DNA of 64,000 nucleotides from Eledone cirrhosa (Eukaryota): the NCBI GenBank assembly GCA_964016885.1, contig OZ024741.1, forward strand, positions 223,324,001 to 223,388,000, given 5' to 3'. The notes beneath the pieces were generated by a model. The model was not told the DNA's origin, made no database searches, and was given only the letters and a program-made list of their open reading frames with translations. Shown here piece after piece: positions 1 to 13,389 of this stretch. Each line of letters starts with the position of its first letter. The stretch's first letter is position 1. The position numbers were made by a program, and so were the translations under genes.

Positions 1-87
1 TTTCCTCTCGGGTTCTTATATATTTGATATATATTTATCCTTATTGAGCCCTCTTTGGATTTTAGTCTTCACATTTATTATTATTAC

Positions 88-121
<34 letters not shown>

Positions 122-1469
122 AGGTTTTTACATGAGTGCATTTTATCACTCGTGAAGCTATAAGTAGCTCTGGGTGAAACTATTTAAACAAACAAACAAA
201 CAAACAAATGCCAAATTTCAAAACATCTATTTGTCACTCTCTGTCTCTCAAAGTAGAAAAACAAATAGATGAGCCATTACTCATTGATGAATCATCATTA
301 TCAGTTACATGTTTGTTTTTCTACTGTTTTGAATTGGCTGTATTTATGCTAGTATCTTTCCACAAACCTTTATCTAATGTGATATTATCTGTGAATGTCC
401 AAAGTTCTCAGATTTAATTCATCTATTTTTTCCTAGTTTCTTTCACCCCTTCCCTTTCTCTCTCTCACCATCTACATCTATCATACATACACTCCACTCT
501 ACAACTGAAACATGGCACTTCTCCACATTACATTGCAGGGCCTCCATACAGTTGATTCTATCTCTGCCTTCAATATAATTTCTAACAGCATACCTCGCAA
601 GGTTAACTTGATCAACAGATCTATCTAGATCAATCTAATACTTCAACATTCAACCTCATCCATCTTTTTATCAATGTTAAGTGACAGAGGACTACAGAAG
701 GCTGGCCCCATAACTCTGTTTATGTTATAAGATGGGTCACATGAAGATGGTTTGAGAATATACAGATGATAATCCATATAATGTCAAACAAAAAGAGAAA
801 TTAATAATACTTTAGTAATAATGTAATTCCAAAATATAGACAATGTAATATACATACATTTATGGTTGACATGTATGTATAATATCATTAGTTTACAATG
901 AATAAACAACTCTAATGTATATACACAAACAAAGAGAATAATACTATTCTATGAAATAAAACCAAATTACACACACACTATATATATATCTGTATGTGGT
1001 TGATGGCTGAGAGAAAGAAGTACTCAATGCTGAAGTAGAATTTCAATATTCATTAACTTTAATAATAACGAATATATGTTTACACACACATATATATGAG
1101 TATTGCTTTCTTTGTGTCAGAGCCCTTTATGTGTTTTTGTCCGTGTTGAGCTCATTTTGTTATCTTTATATATATATATTTTGTCATTGCGCTAACAGAA
1201 GTCTGATGAGCTTTTGATTCCAGAATTGGGCCCAATCAATACAGATCGAACCTTCAGCTGGTCAATTGGGAAACAAACGTCACACCTTAATAAACGTAAT
1301 GAAAATTTGACACTAGGTCCATATTATTAAATATATATATCACATAGACACACAGCAAGGAATGTTAAAAGAGTAGTACTAGGTTCTAAGGAAAACAACC
1401 AGAACACTCTGAAGACATGTGAAATAATTTACCTGCTCTCGGTACAGTGCATAGTCCTGTCAAAATTAT

Positions 1470-2332
<863 letters not shown>

Positions 2333-2592
2333 GTAAAAGGTAAACAGAAATAGCAACACAATCGGTACAGTATATGGAAGGTAAATATTAGGTTAACGCT
2401 TGATATAGCAGGAATAGGGTCCTAACGCTTGATATAGCAGGAATAGGGTCCTAACGTTTCGGACGCTAGTCTTTCATCAGAAGAAAGAATGAGAAAGAAA
2501 ATAGATTGAGGGGACGGGTCGGATGGAATTGGAAAAAATGTCTTTAGATAAAAATAACAGGTCCATTCATGTTGACATCTCTTGGAATCTTG

Positions 2593-2593
<1 letters not shown>
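2333..2593 (-). mobile_element. Penelope-like element 3' end fragment with degenerate hammerhead; related copies at ~4672-4862 (opposite strand) and ~8365-8588
   Basis: Three similar copies next to (TA)n. Minus strand reads CTGATGA-aagac-tagc-gtcc-GAAA-cgtta; contains a 29-bp tandem duplication at 2394-2451. Confidence 0.6.
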
Positions 2594-2659
<66 letters not shown>

Positions 2660-2742
2660 GGAGGTGAGTTTTATTGTAGTACAATAAAGCAATGCAGATA
2701 TCGGATAAGAAGCACTCTACAGTTTGTAGGACTGGAGTATGC

Positions 2743-3157
2743 ATAATATAAGATCAAAAGATGGTTAAAGGAGTTCCATATATTTTATTATGCGCATTTC
2801 AAAAAATCTTCCAACGGTTTTCAACCCCTCTATATAAAAAATATATCTCCTCTCAGTTATAAAAACTATCTCTTTCTCTCTATCACCCATCTCTCCCTCT
2901 CATCTCCTTCCCTTCTCATCCTCCCCCCCCCCTCTCTAAATAAAATATTTTTCCCAATATCACACATCAATCTAAAACCACTTTTCATATGTTGATTTAA
3001 AACTGCACTATCAACAAGTGTTTTTTAGCCTTCATATCATGTTCTCCTGTTTTATCTGATGAAAACACAAATATTATTGCTTGATGATGTTTGTTTTTGA
3101 AATGCGCATAATAAAATATATGGAACTCCTTTAACCATCTTTTGATCTTATATTATA
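2743..3157 (+). mobile_element. Fold-back Penelope-like end (arms ~2743-2806 / ~3094-3157)
   Basis: ~60-bp inverted arms, (TA)n flank, hammerhead inside. Confidence 0.7.
3050..3116 (+). ncRNA. Type I hammerhead ribozyme motif
   Basis: ttttat-CTGATGA-aaacacaaat..atgtttgttttt-GAAA-tgcgca-TA-ataaaa: 6-bp stem I, palindromic stem/loop III (TGCGCA), AUA cleavage triplet. Confidence 0.78.
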
Positions 3158-3346
3158 TATATATATATATATATATGTATGTAAGTATATATATGTATGT
3201 AAGTATATATATATATATGTATGTCAGTATATATATATGTATGTCAGTATATATATATGTATGTCAGTATATATATATATATGCATGTAAGTAAATATAT
3301 ATATATATGTATACTTATATATATATATATATATATGTATGTAAGT

Positions 3347-3412
<66 letters not shown>

Positions 3413-3423
3413 ATATATATATG

Positions 3424-3464
<41 letters not shown>

Positions 3465-3661
3465 GAAACTATTAGGGTGAGCGATCATATTTTGGCTTAT
3501 ATATATATGTATGTATATATATATATATGTATATATATGTATGTAAGTATATATATATGTATGTATATGTACATACATATATGTATACAGACGTACAGTA
3601 GTATGTATATATATATACATACATGCACACATATATATATGTACGTATGGGTTTACCGAAC

Positions 3662-3902
3662 ATTTATTATAATGCTCGGTTTGTTTGTAAACAAACAGCC
3701 CAAATTACGCCGTACAGTGTTCAGGCAAACATCGTCACCTTTTTGTTCAACACTGACACAGGAACGATGTACTAGTTTCAAGCTTATTAGCTATCGTCAG
3801 CATCGTATACCTTTCTGTCAGATGGTTGAACGATGGTTGCCTGAACACTGTACAGTGTAATTCGGGCTGTTTGTTTACAACAAACCAAGCATTATAATAA
3901 AT
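3662..3902. mobile_element. Fold-back element (arms ~3662-3735 / ~3830-3902) with hammerhead in the spacer
   Basis: ~72-bp imperfect inverted arms. Confidence 0.75.
3764..3806 (-). ncRNA. Minimal type I hammerhead ribozyme motif
   Basis: Reverse complement acgatg-CTGACGA-t-agct-aata-agct-t-GAAA-ctag-TA-catcgt: 6-bp stem I, palindromic loop III CUAG, GUA triplet. Confidence 0.82.
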
Positions 3903-3916
3903 ACTTTATAATAAAT

Positions 3917-4104
3917 GGTGGATTGGCAGTATTGGTAGAGAGTCGGACGCCATGCTTTCCAGCATAGTTACGTCCCTTTACGATCTGAGTTCAAATCCCG
4001 CCGAGGTTGACTTTGCCTTTCATCCTTACGGGGTCGATAAAATAAAGTACCACTAATGCACTGGGTAATTGCTGGCCTTGTGCCTAAAGTAGAAACAATT
4101 ATAA
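3917..4104 (+). mobile_element. tRNA-derived SINE family A (Deu/Nin-like central domain, (ATT)n tail)
   Basis: A box TGGCAGTATTGG, B box GAGTTCAAATC, core GCCTTTCATCCTTACGGGGTCGATAAAATAAAGTACCA; more than 15 copies in the window. Confidence 0.88.
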
Positions 4105-4257
4105 TAAATACAAGTGAAATCATAAACTCGCTACCTACGTAAACCTCTTGTTGAGTCAAGCAACGCCGTACGCTAAAACTATCCATAATAAGAAGTATTC
4201 ACAACCTCTAACTGGATTACCTATAACGATATTTTGTTATCCCTTATATATATATAT

Positions 4258-4589
4258 GGAGGCACATGGCTTAGTGGTTAGAGCATTGGGCTTGCAATCG
4301 AAAGGTTGTGAGTTCAATTCTCAGACCGGGTGATGTGTTGTTTCCTTGAGCAAGACACTTTATTTCACATTGCTCCAGTTTACTCAGCTGTAGAAATGAG
4401 ATGATAGGGACTAGGATCCCTATCATTCCACTGCAAAGTGGTCGTGGAGGTGCCACGGCAAAAAAGTACCCAGCACTCACTGTAAATGAGGTTGGTGTTA
4501 GGAAGGGCATCCAGCTGTAGAAATCAAGCCAGAATCAGTTCCCGTCCCACCCTTGCAAGCAGGGAAAAAGCGGACGTAAAATGATGATG

Positions 4590-4591
<2 letters not shown>
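4258..4591 (+). mobile_element. tRNA-derived SINE family B with RTE-derived 3' tail and (GAT)n end
   Basis: A box TGGCTTAGTGG, B box GAGTTCAATTC, TTCCTTGAGCAAGACACTT core; 3' end matches the LINE end at ~14056-14107. Confidence 0.9.
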
Positions 4592-4656
<65 letters not shown>

Positions 4657-4857
4657 ACACCATCATCAACAGTTTTCCAAGAGATGTCAACATGACTGGA
4701 CCTGTTATTTTTATCTAAAGACATTTTTTTCAATTCCACCCCGCCCATCCCCTCAGACTATCTTATTTCTCATTCTTTCTTCTGCTATTTCAAGCGTTAA
4801 CCTATTATATTCCTTCCATATACTGTACCAATTATGTTGTTATTTCTGTTTACCTTT

Positions 4858-4952
<95 letters not shown>

Positions 4953-5097
4953 GAATATACACAGGTGTGTATGATTGTGTATAGAAGATTATATTAATAG
5001 AAGGAATTCCAACTTTGTCTGATTTACTTGTTTTATTTACAATCCTTTAAAATTATAATGAAATAGTATGGTAGAATATTAAGTGTTAAATGTTAAT

Positions 5098-5136
5098 TGA
5101 ACAAGTACTTTCATGCTTTCGCAATCTTCAGGTTCA
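5098..5136 (-). ncRNA. Minimal type I hammerhead ribozyme motif
   Basis: Reverse complement tgaac-CTGAAGA-t-tgc-gaaa-gca-t-GAAA-gtac-TT-gttca; palindromic loop III GUAC. Confidence 0.75.
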
Positions 5137-5879
5137 TATTCAGTGGTGACAGTCAAGTTTGCAATTTTCAACTGTAATGAGATGGCTAAAGTATGTGCCT
5201 TAAAAAGGGGCTACAGAATGCTAAGTTTTGCTAACTGTATTTCGACCAATCGGTGTGTGGTTTCACTAGATTACTAAAGCTGTTTGGCTTAGGCATCACA
5301 GTTGGTTGAGCATGTCTAACGACTTCTATTTGACCCTATCCAAAGCATCAATTGTTTTGCTATTTTTTAGAAATGATGAAAATAGCATTTTCTAGGGTTT
5401 GTATAAAAAATCTTCAGTAATCAACATCAACATCACTTTTATTATTATTATTGTAGTAGAAGTAATACCCCTAAGCATTATTATTGTTCATTTAGCTTAG
5501 GTTGGAATTTATCAATAAAATTCTTTTCTTTAATTTTTCTCTTGATTTCACTTGGGCTGTAATGTTTGTAGAATGGAAATATTATAAATATTTTCTGACC
5601 ACATGTTGCTAGATGGTTACTCAGGGGTATCTGACGGACATTTGGGTCTCGGATTTGATGTCGGTGCACTGCACTATTGGAACGTGCACAGGTGCACCGA
5701 CAGCAAATCAGAGACCCAAATGTCTGTCAGATACTCCTGAGTAACCATCTAGCAACATGTGGTCAGAAAATATTTATAATATTTCCATTCTACAAACAAC
5801 ACAGCCCAAGTGAAATCAAGAGAAAAATTAAAGAAAAGAATTTTATTGATAAATTCCAACCCAAGCTAAATGAACAATA

Positions 5880-6071
5880 ATAATTGTTTCTACTTTTGGC
5901 ACAAGGCCAGCAATTACCCCAGTGCATTACTGGTACTTTATTTTATCGACCCCGTAAAGATGAAAGGCAAAGTTAACCTCGGCGGGATTTGAACTCAGAA
6001 CGTAAAGGGCCATAACTATATGCTGTGAAGCAAGGTGTCTGACGCTCTACCGATACTGCCAATCCACCAGC
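5880..6071 (-). mobile_element. SINE family A with target-site duplication
   Basis: TSD taaatgaacaataataat on both sides; the SINE is absent from the mirror arm of the palindrome. Confidence 0.9.
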
Positions 6072-6480
6072 CTTTAAATGAACAATAATAATGCTTAGGG
6101 GTATTACTCCTACTATGACAACGCCTACGACCATGTCGACTACCACCACTAACAACAACAACAATAATAATAAAAGTGATATTGATGTTTACTGAAGATT
6201 TTTTATAAAAACCCTAGAAAATGCTATTTTCATCATTTCTAAAAATAGCAAAACAATTGATACTTTGGATAGGGTCAAATAGAAGTCATTAGACATGCTC
6301 AACCAACCGTGATGCCTAAACCAATCAGCTTTAGTAATCTAGTGAAACCACACACCGATTGGTCGAAATACAGTTTGCAAAACTTAGCATTCTGTAGCCT
6401 CTTTTTACTGTATATAAGGAACATACTTTAGCCATCTCATTACAGTTGAAAATTGCAAACTTGACTGTCACTACTGAATA

Positions 6481-6519
6481 TGAACCTGAAGATTGCGAAA
6501 GCATGAAAGTTCTTGTTCA
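6481..6519 (+). ncRNA. Minimal hammerhead motif (mirror of 5098-5136; loop III GUUC)
   Basis: tgaac-CTGAAGA-ttgcgaaagcat-GAAA-gttc-TT-gttca. Confidence 0.68.
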
Positions 6520-6863
6520 ATTAACACTTAACACTTAATATTCTACCATACTATTTCATTATAATATCATTATAATTTTAAAGGATTGTAAATAAAACGA
6601 GTAAATCAGACAAAGTTGGAATTCCTTTTATTTATATATACATATATACATATGTATATATATATATTTCGTTTCTGAATTTGTTTAGCAAGATTCTTTA
6701 TCTGAAAACGTGTGTTGAAACCGATATTGTTATGCTTTGGGAGGGTCATGTTGCCAATAAGAAACACACGCATCAGTTGCTTTCACTCCAATTTATTATA
6801 AATTAAATTTATAAATTTCCGGTTGGTTGGTTGGTTCCATAACCGGATGGTTGTTCATATATT

Positions 6864-6906
6864 GTCAAAGTTCTTTCGTCACACATTCTGTGACCTCTTC
6901 AGTGAC
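6864..6906 (-). ncRNA. Minimal hammerhead motif
   Basis: Reverse complement gtca-CTGAAGA-g-gtcaca-gaatg-tgtgac-GAAA-gaac-TT-tgac. Confidence 0.68.
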
Positions 6907-7018
6907 TGGGATTCTTTTCTGTTTTGTGCCTCTCCTTTGTTCTGTCCTATGCCATCTTCGTAGGACATGGCGTAGGACAGAACAAAGGAGAGGCACAAAA
7001 CAAAGAAAATAATCCCCA

Positions 7019-7061
7019 GTCACTGAAGAGGTCACAGAATGTGTGGCGAAAGAACTTTGAC
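7019..7061 (+). ncRNA. Minimal hammerhead motif (mirror copy)
   Basis: gtca-CTGAAGA-g-gtcaca-gaatg-tgtggc-GAAA-gaac-TT-tgac. Confidence 0.65.
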
Positions 7062-8009
7062 AAAATATGAACAACCGTCCGGTTGTGGAACCAACCAACC
7101 AACCGGAAATTTACAAATTTCTTAAATTTATAAATTTAATTTATAATAAATTGGAGTGAAAGCAACTGGTGCGTGTGTTTCTTATTGGCAACATGACCCT
7201 CCCAAAGCATAACAATATATATATATATATATAATAAACAAGCAAAAAGAGAAATATTTGATAAAATCCATCAGTACATTTAGTGTCACTGGAATAAAAT
7301 GTAACACACAGAAAATGATCATAATGGTGGTGATGATGATGCATGATGGAGATATGAGATTGGCAGCTACATTTGTAAGGTTATCACTATGGAAACTGTA
7401 TCAAATGAGATGTCACAGATACTTAGATGAGTTTGGAACTTTCTGGTTATTTATCTATTTTTAGCAGTCTTTCTCTATAATAATATATATTATGTGTGTG
7501 TGCATCTATGAATGCACATTTGCCACTGTCAATGTATGTATGCATTATTTAAAACAGTATACAAGCATGAGTATGCTTACATGGTATGCGAGTGCACATG
7601 TGTGTGTGTTTGTGCATGTTTACATGTTAGTCTGTTAACATATATGTGTGTGTACATTTGTATGTATAAATTTTTATGGGAAAATTCAAAGTTTCATCAA
7701 AATTTTATTTTCTATAGCAAAATAGTCTAAATATTATGAAATATAAGCCCTCTTTAACAGAAAAAATGGTCTTAGTATTCTTTTTTCTTTCCGTTATTTG
7801 ACCATTTTTCTATAGTAAAAAACAAAAAATTGGATGAAGCTTCTAATTTTCTCATGAAAGTTTCAAATTCTGCTCATTGTTTCGAAACACGTTTGTTTTT
7901 TTGTGTGTATGTTTAACTAGCAATATACCAGTACTATCTCTTTTATTATTTATTAAAACTTTGGTCATTGTTACACTCAGTTTTCTTAAGGACCACCAAA
8001 TAACAAATT

Positions 8010-8312
8010 GTGATAAAATGGTAGTGCTGGTGCTACAACGAAATTCAGCCAGTACAACCTGTAAAGTGGTAGTACTGGTGCTACAATAAAATGCACCTAT
8101 TACAATCTGTAAAGTAGTAGTGCTAGTGCCAAGACAAAATTCACCCAGTACACCTTGTAAAGTGGTTGGCAATAAGAAAGGCATTCAGTTGAAGAAACCA
8201 TGTCCAAACATGGAGCATATGAGTAATACGTGATCCCACAATCCACCTAGCTTCAGGCCAAGACAACCCATTGAACCCATGCCAGCATGGAAAATAGAAA
8301 TATGATGATATT
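8010..8312 (+). mobile_element. Old SINE-B-related element with internal tandem repeats
   Basis: Repeated ctgtaaagtggtagtgctggtgc units, ggttggcaataagaaaggcattcag, RTE-like tail aacccatgccagcatggaaaa..gatgat. Confidence 0.6.
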
Positions 8313-8764
8313 GATGATAATATATATGTGAGCATTTGTGTATGTGCGTGCTTATATATATATAGGTAAACAAATAACAAAACAAATGACACAGTATGTG
8401 GAAGAAATATATTAGTTTAACGTTAAAAATAGCAGGAAGAGGGTCTTAATGTTTTGGACGCTAGTCCTTCATCAGAAGAAAGAATGAGAAATTAAAGAAG
8501 AAATAGAAAAATTGAGGAGACGGGCAGGGCGGAATCAGAAACATTTTTTTTAGAGAAAAATAACAAGTCCATTCATGTTGCCATCTCATATATATATATA
8601 AACGAAATCCCAGAATTACATGCAGCAAACTTTGCCAAAACCAAATTTGGCTGCTTTATGATTAATGTCACAGGATCACAAAAAGTCACTTGCTTGCAAG
8701 TACCTTATATAAAAAGAATGGGTCTTAATCAATTTAATAAGCTTAATAAAAAAGACTGTGGTGC

Positions 8765-9120
8765 TTGAGCTTATCCATAACAACATGGCTATATTGCAGC
8801 AGTGCTCCAGCATGGTTAGATTGTAAAGTTTATAGTAACGAAATCCACTGTTCCAGCATGACCAGACTACATGGTAAAGAATTGCAAAGCTTCAGTATTG
8901 CTATAACCATATGGCTTATAGTAAACAACTACACAGCTCCAGCATGGCCATAAATCTATGAATAAAATACAGCAGTACTCCAGCATGGCCAGATTGCATG
9001 GTAAAGCACTGGAATGCTTCAGGATGGTTATAGCTGTAAGGTTTATAGTAAAGAACTACACAGCTCCAGCATGGCTATAAAACTATAAGTGCAGTGGTAC
9101 TCCAGTATGACCAGAACTAT
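8765..9120. repeat. Degenerate tandem repeat (recurring ctccagcatggc-like unit)
   Basis: ccagcatg / ccagtatg motifs recur roughly every 40-80 bp. Confidence 0.6.
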
Positions 9121-12100
9121 TTAAAAAGTCATATAAAGTCCCATACTTTGTTAGGTGTTACAAACTGACCCTTACTTATCATATTCCTATGTGACCTATT
9201 CAACTTTACCAGCTTCTTTTACAAAGAGTGACAGTTCTATGTGGTTATTGAATCTGCTAGAAATAGCAGCCAAAAGGAGCCAAAGAAAGCTGCCTCTAAA
9301 TGGTCGATGAACTTGCTAGAAATAGTAGTTAAATGAGATGAAACAGAGAGAAAAGTCACTCAGTGGTCGTTTGACTGGCTATAAATAGCAGCCATATCTA
9401 TCTCAAATTATACCAAACTGTCTTCAAAAAGGAAGGCCACATTAAATAATGAATGATGGTGAATCCTCATCCAAAAAATGAATTAGCATGTAAGTAGTTT
9501 AGTATTCCATAGACACGTGTCATGGGAATTTTGAATCTGAAGAACAAGAGAGAGTGATAGAGAGGAAATGAGAAAGAGATATAGAGGAAGAATCTACACC
9601 AGTACAGGACTTGAAGGGATGAAAGGCAAATTTGACCTCAGCAAGATTGGAACTCAGAGTGTGGAGAGCCAGAATAAATACAACAGAGTATTCTATCTGA
9701 TGTTCCAATGATTCTGCTAATTCATCACCTACAGTGCAAGATATACTATATCTGAAAATAAAGCTGGATGGCCACAACTGGAATCCTTTTGATCATAAAA
9801 TCAGCAGGATAAGAGCTAAGTAACAACAACTATTACTACTATTGGTACTAAAGAATGCTTCATAATAGGGGTGTATATGAAAACATCTATGACACATTTA
9901 TGTATAATAAACATACAAGAGTCTTGCTATGAATGTTTTAAGCTGTGATCACGTCACAGCTATCTCAGTAACTGGTGAGAATCCCATATCCAGTTTTTAT
10001 GCCTAGTGGGGTTTTCATCAAAAGGCATGTATATCATCTAAACAAACACAAGGAAACGTGTAACAGAGGGGCTTATACACCTTATCACTTTAATAGTATC
10101 CTGAAAAAAATGTACTAATTCGCATACTTTTAGTGCTCGTATTTATAGTTAATTCAGATATATATTAAGTTTTGTGCTAAACAACCAAAGTATGTGTGTA
10201 TATGAAACACACACACAAACACATATATATGTGTGTTTGTATATATATATATATATAAATTTCACATTTCCTTGATTTTTAATAGAATTTTTTAAAAATT
10301 CTTTTGTTTTTTGCTGAAAATGGAAAGAAATTGAAGGAAACCAAAACAATGATTAAAGATAGAGATTAAAACAATCATTGATTTAAATAAACACAATTTA
10401 AAAATTACACGATTGATCAAATTCACCAATACCACTGATTAAACAGCAGCAGTAATAACAACAATAATATATACTGTTTAGATTTTTTTTCTGTTTCATT
10501 TTTTCCCCTGATAAAATTCAGAGTATGGGAGAGTATGAGAAAGAGTGTATGAGATGAAGAAAGAGTGGGAGAGAGGGGACAAGAGAGAGAGAGGGGACAA
10601 GAGAGAGAGAGAGTGTGTGTATGAGATGAAGAAAGAGTAAGAGGGAAAAGGAGGAGGAAATGAAGAAGAGTAAAAGAGAATAGGAAGAGAGAAGGAGGAA
10701 GAGTAAGAGAGAATAATGAAGAGAAAGTGAATGATTTGTTTAATTTATAAAATAATTAGAAAATAATTTAGCATTTAATTAAGACACAAAGAACTATATA
10801 GAAATTTGCTGCTGTTATTGTTAAGATTTAATCATTATTATTATTATTATGAAAAAAGAAATAAAATTAATTTTTATGATCTTTTTCTTGTTTTGTCTGC
10901 AGATGACATATTTCTGAGGACAAAAAATGAACGAAATTTAAGTTGAAATTAAAAAAATGTATATATTTAATAGACAATTAATAAAACTTAATCAAATTTA
11001 CATGAAAGACAGATAGAAAGATATTGGTAGGGATGAGTAGAGACAAAGAGAGGACTAGGGAGGAGGGGGGGGGGGGGAGTGGATTTTTGAAATTTCTTTA
11101 AAACAAAGAAAACAAAAGGAGGGATAAATGTTAATTTGTTTCATCTCAATGATTACTCAACAGCTAATCCTGTGTTAATCAGATAAAAATTTTAATCAAT
11201 TTAATTTTGTTTTTTTTTGTTTTTGTTTTTAAATTTATTTGCTTATCCCTCCCTCAACTCTCAGCCCAACTCTCAGTTTTCTCCACTTCAGCTACACTCC
11301 ACTTCAATCTGTTTATCTTTGAAAGCAAAGGAGTTAAGATCAGATTATATGATATAACAAATATAAATAACAACAACTACTTCAATCAAAGATTGACTGG
11401 GAAGGCAATGATAGGGGTGGAAAAAAGAAGATAGGAGGATAGTACAAGAAAAGGTTAAAAATGATAAACAAATATCAAGTAAATAAATAATTAAATAAAT
11501 TGATTACACAAGTTAATTGCAAGATAACAAATATTTATCCAAGTGAAAAAAAATCAACAAAAATAGCAGTTGTAAGAAAAATAAAAAATGCTAAAAAAAG
11601 TTTTTAAAAATATTAAATTGATTGTATTTAGTGATATAATGATGTTAATTATGATTAAAACGAATTAAGCTTAGACAGAAGAAAGATTAAATACTATCAC
11701 AACTTCACTGCACACACTTAATAAGATTTACTGCGTTCTGGATATTATTTTTTTAAATATTATTAGTTTATTTCTAGGTCTGCTAGAAAGAGAAGAATTA
11801 AGATTGAGTGTTGGCCTTCAAACCTTTTGAAGATAGCAGTCAACAACATCAGCCTGCAATGGAGCATCTCTATCAGTCTCTACCAAATCACACCCTCCAT
11901 CTTGAGATATAGGAATAGGTGGGATCGTCATGAATGGAATACATTTGATTATATGTCTACTTGATCAGAGCAATCCTAAGGCTAAGCAGCAACATGACAA
12001 ATGTAGTCAAGTTGTTGTTGTTTTAACGCTTAGACAAGAATGAAAGAGCAGTGTCCATGACCAATTTCAGGCTCTGAGACAGACAGAGAAGTGGGAGGTA

Positions 12101-12485
12101 TGTATCGTCAAACAAGAGACTTGGTCTGAATGCTTGCAACAGAATGAACTCTGTTAGAGGCTCTCAAGGAGCAGGTGGTGGTATTAAATTAGTGCCTAAA
12201 ATAGAAACAATTAAATTAGGTGATGGACCAACTCTTAATATCCTGTAATGATTTAGCAGAAAGTATCTAAAAACATGTTATTTCAAATGTTTATATTATC
12301 TTAAAAAATGGACAGATTGTTGTGAAAATTTGCAGCTATGCCTGTGCTCATAATGAATTTAAAAACAAATTGAAATATATATATGTATAAAATGATAAAA
12401 ATAAAAAAGCAAGAAAATGGTTATTTCTGAAGTTCAATAAATTTGGCAATTTAAACAAAGAATTGAGTAAAATGTCTCAACTCAC

Positions 12486-12545
12486 CAACTTCAAAAATGC
12501 CCATAAATTTTGGGTCTCTAAAGCATCAGCAAAAGCATCATAGTC
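12486..12545 (-). CDS. SH3BGRL: Next coding exon (60 nt, phase 0-0) of the same SH3BGR-family gene
   Basis: Minus strand ttttcag|GAC...TTG|gtgagt. Translation DYDAFADALETQNLWAFLKL continues ...EYCG in frame and resembles the family motif [20 protein letters not shown]. The first and last exons were not found in the window. Confidence 0.92.
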
Positions 12546-13150
12546 CTGAAAATATAAAAATAGACAAATATAAGAGAGAGAAAAATGTTAAAGATATTAA
12601 AAATAATAAAGCAAGGCCAATATAATATAGTGAGGCTAATATTCTATTAGGCTTTAGTGGCACCATTGAAGACTTCAACTTCATGTAGTACAGCCAAGAC
12701 TGTCACGCCTTCCAAGCTGTAGTCACAGAGTTGAACTGGACAAAGCAAGCTAACAATACACTGTCATAGCTTGAAGTGTGAGTGAGTGTGGATGTGAATG
12801 TGAGTGATTGTGGACTAAGTGTAAGAATGTGTATGATAAGAGTGTGATTATGAGTGGGTGCACCACTAATCTGCCATATGTAAAACTGAACATTAACTTC
12901 TCTATTACTGTATTTCTAATCAAAGACACTACCTCTGATTTTGAATAATTTGGAAAATAATCAAGAATTTGAAGGGATTTATTAATATATCTAACTTCCT
13001 CATTATTTAAATGGTATTTAGAGCATAACTTAAAAGTTCTTACATAAAATTAAGATGGAAGGTTTTCAGATAAGCATACCAACAATAGATTCTCTCTCTC
13101 TCTCTCATATATATATATACACACACACACATTATATATATATATATATA

Positions 13151-13338
13151 TTTAATATAGAAGAGCTTCTACAGGACTAGAACTGTTTCATTCGTGAGAA
13201 ATCATCAGGAAGAGCTTCCTGATGATTTCTCACGAATGAAACAGTTCTAGACCTGTAGAAGCTCTTCTATATTAAAACTTGTATACTCTGCTATGTATTG
13301 AGTACCTTACTTACCTCCGATTCAACCCGGAATAACTT

Positions 13339-13341
<3 letters not shown>
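13151..13341. mobile_element. Miniature fold-back element in (TA)n: near-perfect palindrome ~13151-13276 plus ~65-nt tail
   Basis: ~62-bp arms with 1 mismatch and a 2-nt centre (13213-13214); (TA)n on both sides. Confidence 0.85.
13209..13267 (+). ncRNA. Type I hammerhead ribozyme motif (mirror copy on minus strand ~13166-13212)
   Basis: gaagagcttc-CTGATGA-t-ttc-tcac-gaa-t-GAAA-cag-ttctagac-ctg-TA-gaagctcttc: 10-bp stem I, 4-bp stem III, GUA triplet. Confidence 0.85.
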
Positions 13342-13387
<46 letters not shown>

Positions 13388-13389
13388 GT

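Larger units (their letters stand above)
4960..6635. mobile_element. ~1.65 kb palindromic Penelope-like insertion: two outward-facing 3' ends joined at ~5675
   Basis: ~4995-5672 is the reverse complement of ~5692-6635 once the SINE is removed. Mirror ORFs 5481-5669(-) and 5677-5880(+) (HRQQIR..LSNHLATC..RKIKEKNFIDKFQPKLN) resemble a GIY-YIG endonuclease C-terminus. Confidence 0.85.
6668..7218. mobile_element. Fold-back Penelope-like end (arms ~6724-6952 / ~6968-7218, extra ~55-nt tail on the left)
   Basis: ~230-bp inverted arms between TA-rich tracts; the mirror ORFs 6827-7012 and 6865-7098 are artefacts of the symmetry. Confidence 0.8.

Noticed and set aside
208-417. Candidate terminal SH3BGR exon on the minus strand near 390
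   Set aside because: Weak acceptor, and the open frame is not in phase 0 as the preceding exon requires.
1195-1285. CTGATGAG...GAAAC-aaac-GTC hammerhead-like string
   Set aside because: Stem I pairs for only 2 bp and stem II cannot be closed next to the core; at best a decayed copy.
4258-4335. tRNA-like A/B boxes (many copies)
   Set aside because: Heads of SINEs that continue into SINE body and tail; no complete cloverleaf or Pol III terminator.
8010-9120. Regularly spaced repeats suggesting a CRISPR-like array
   Set aside because: Units are degenerate and the intervening sequences resemble each other; eukaryotic context with no cas genes.
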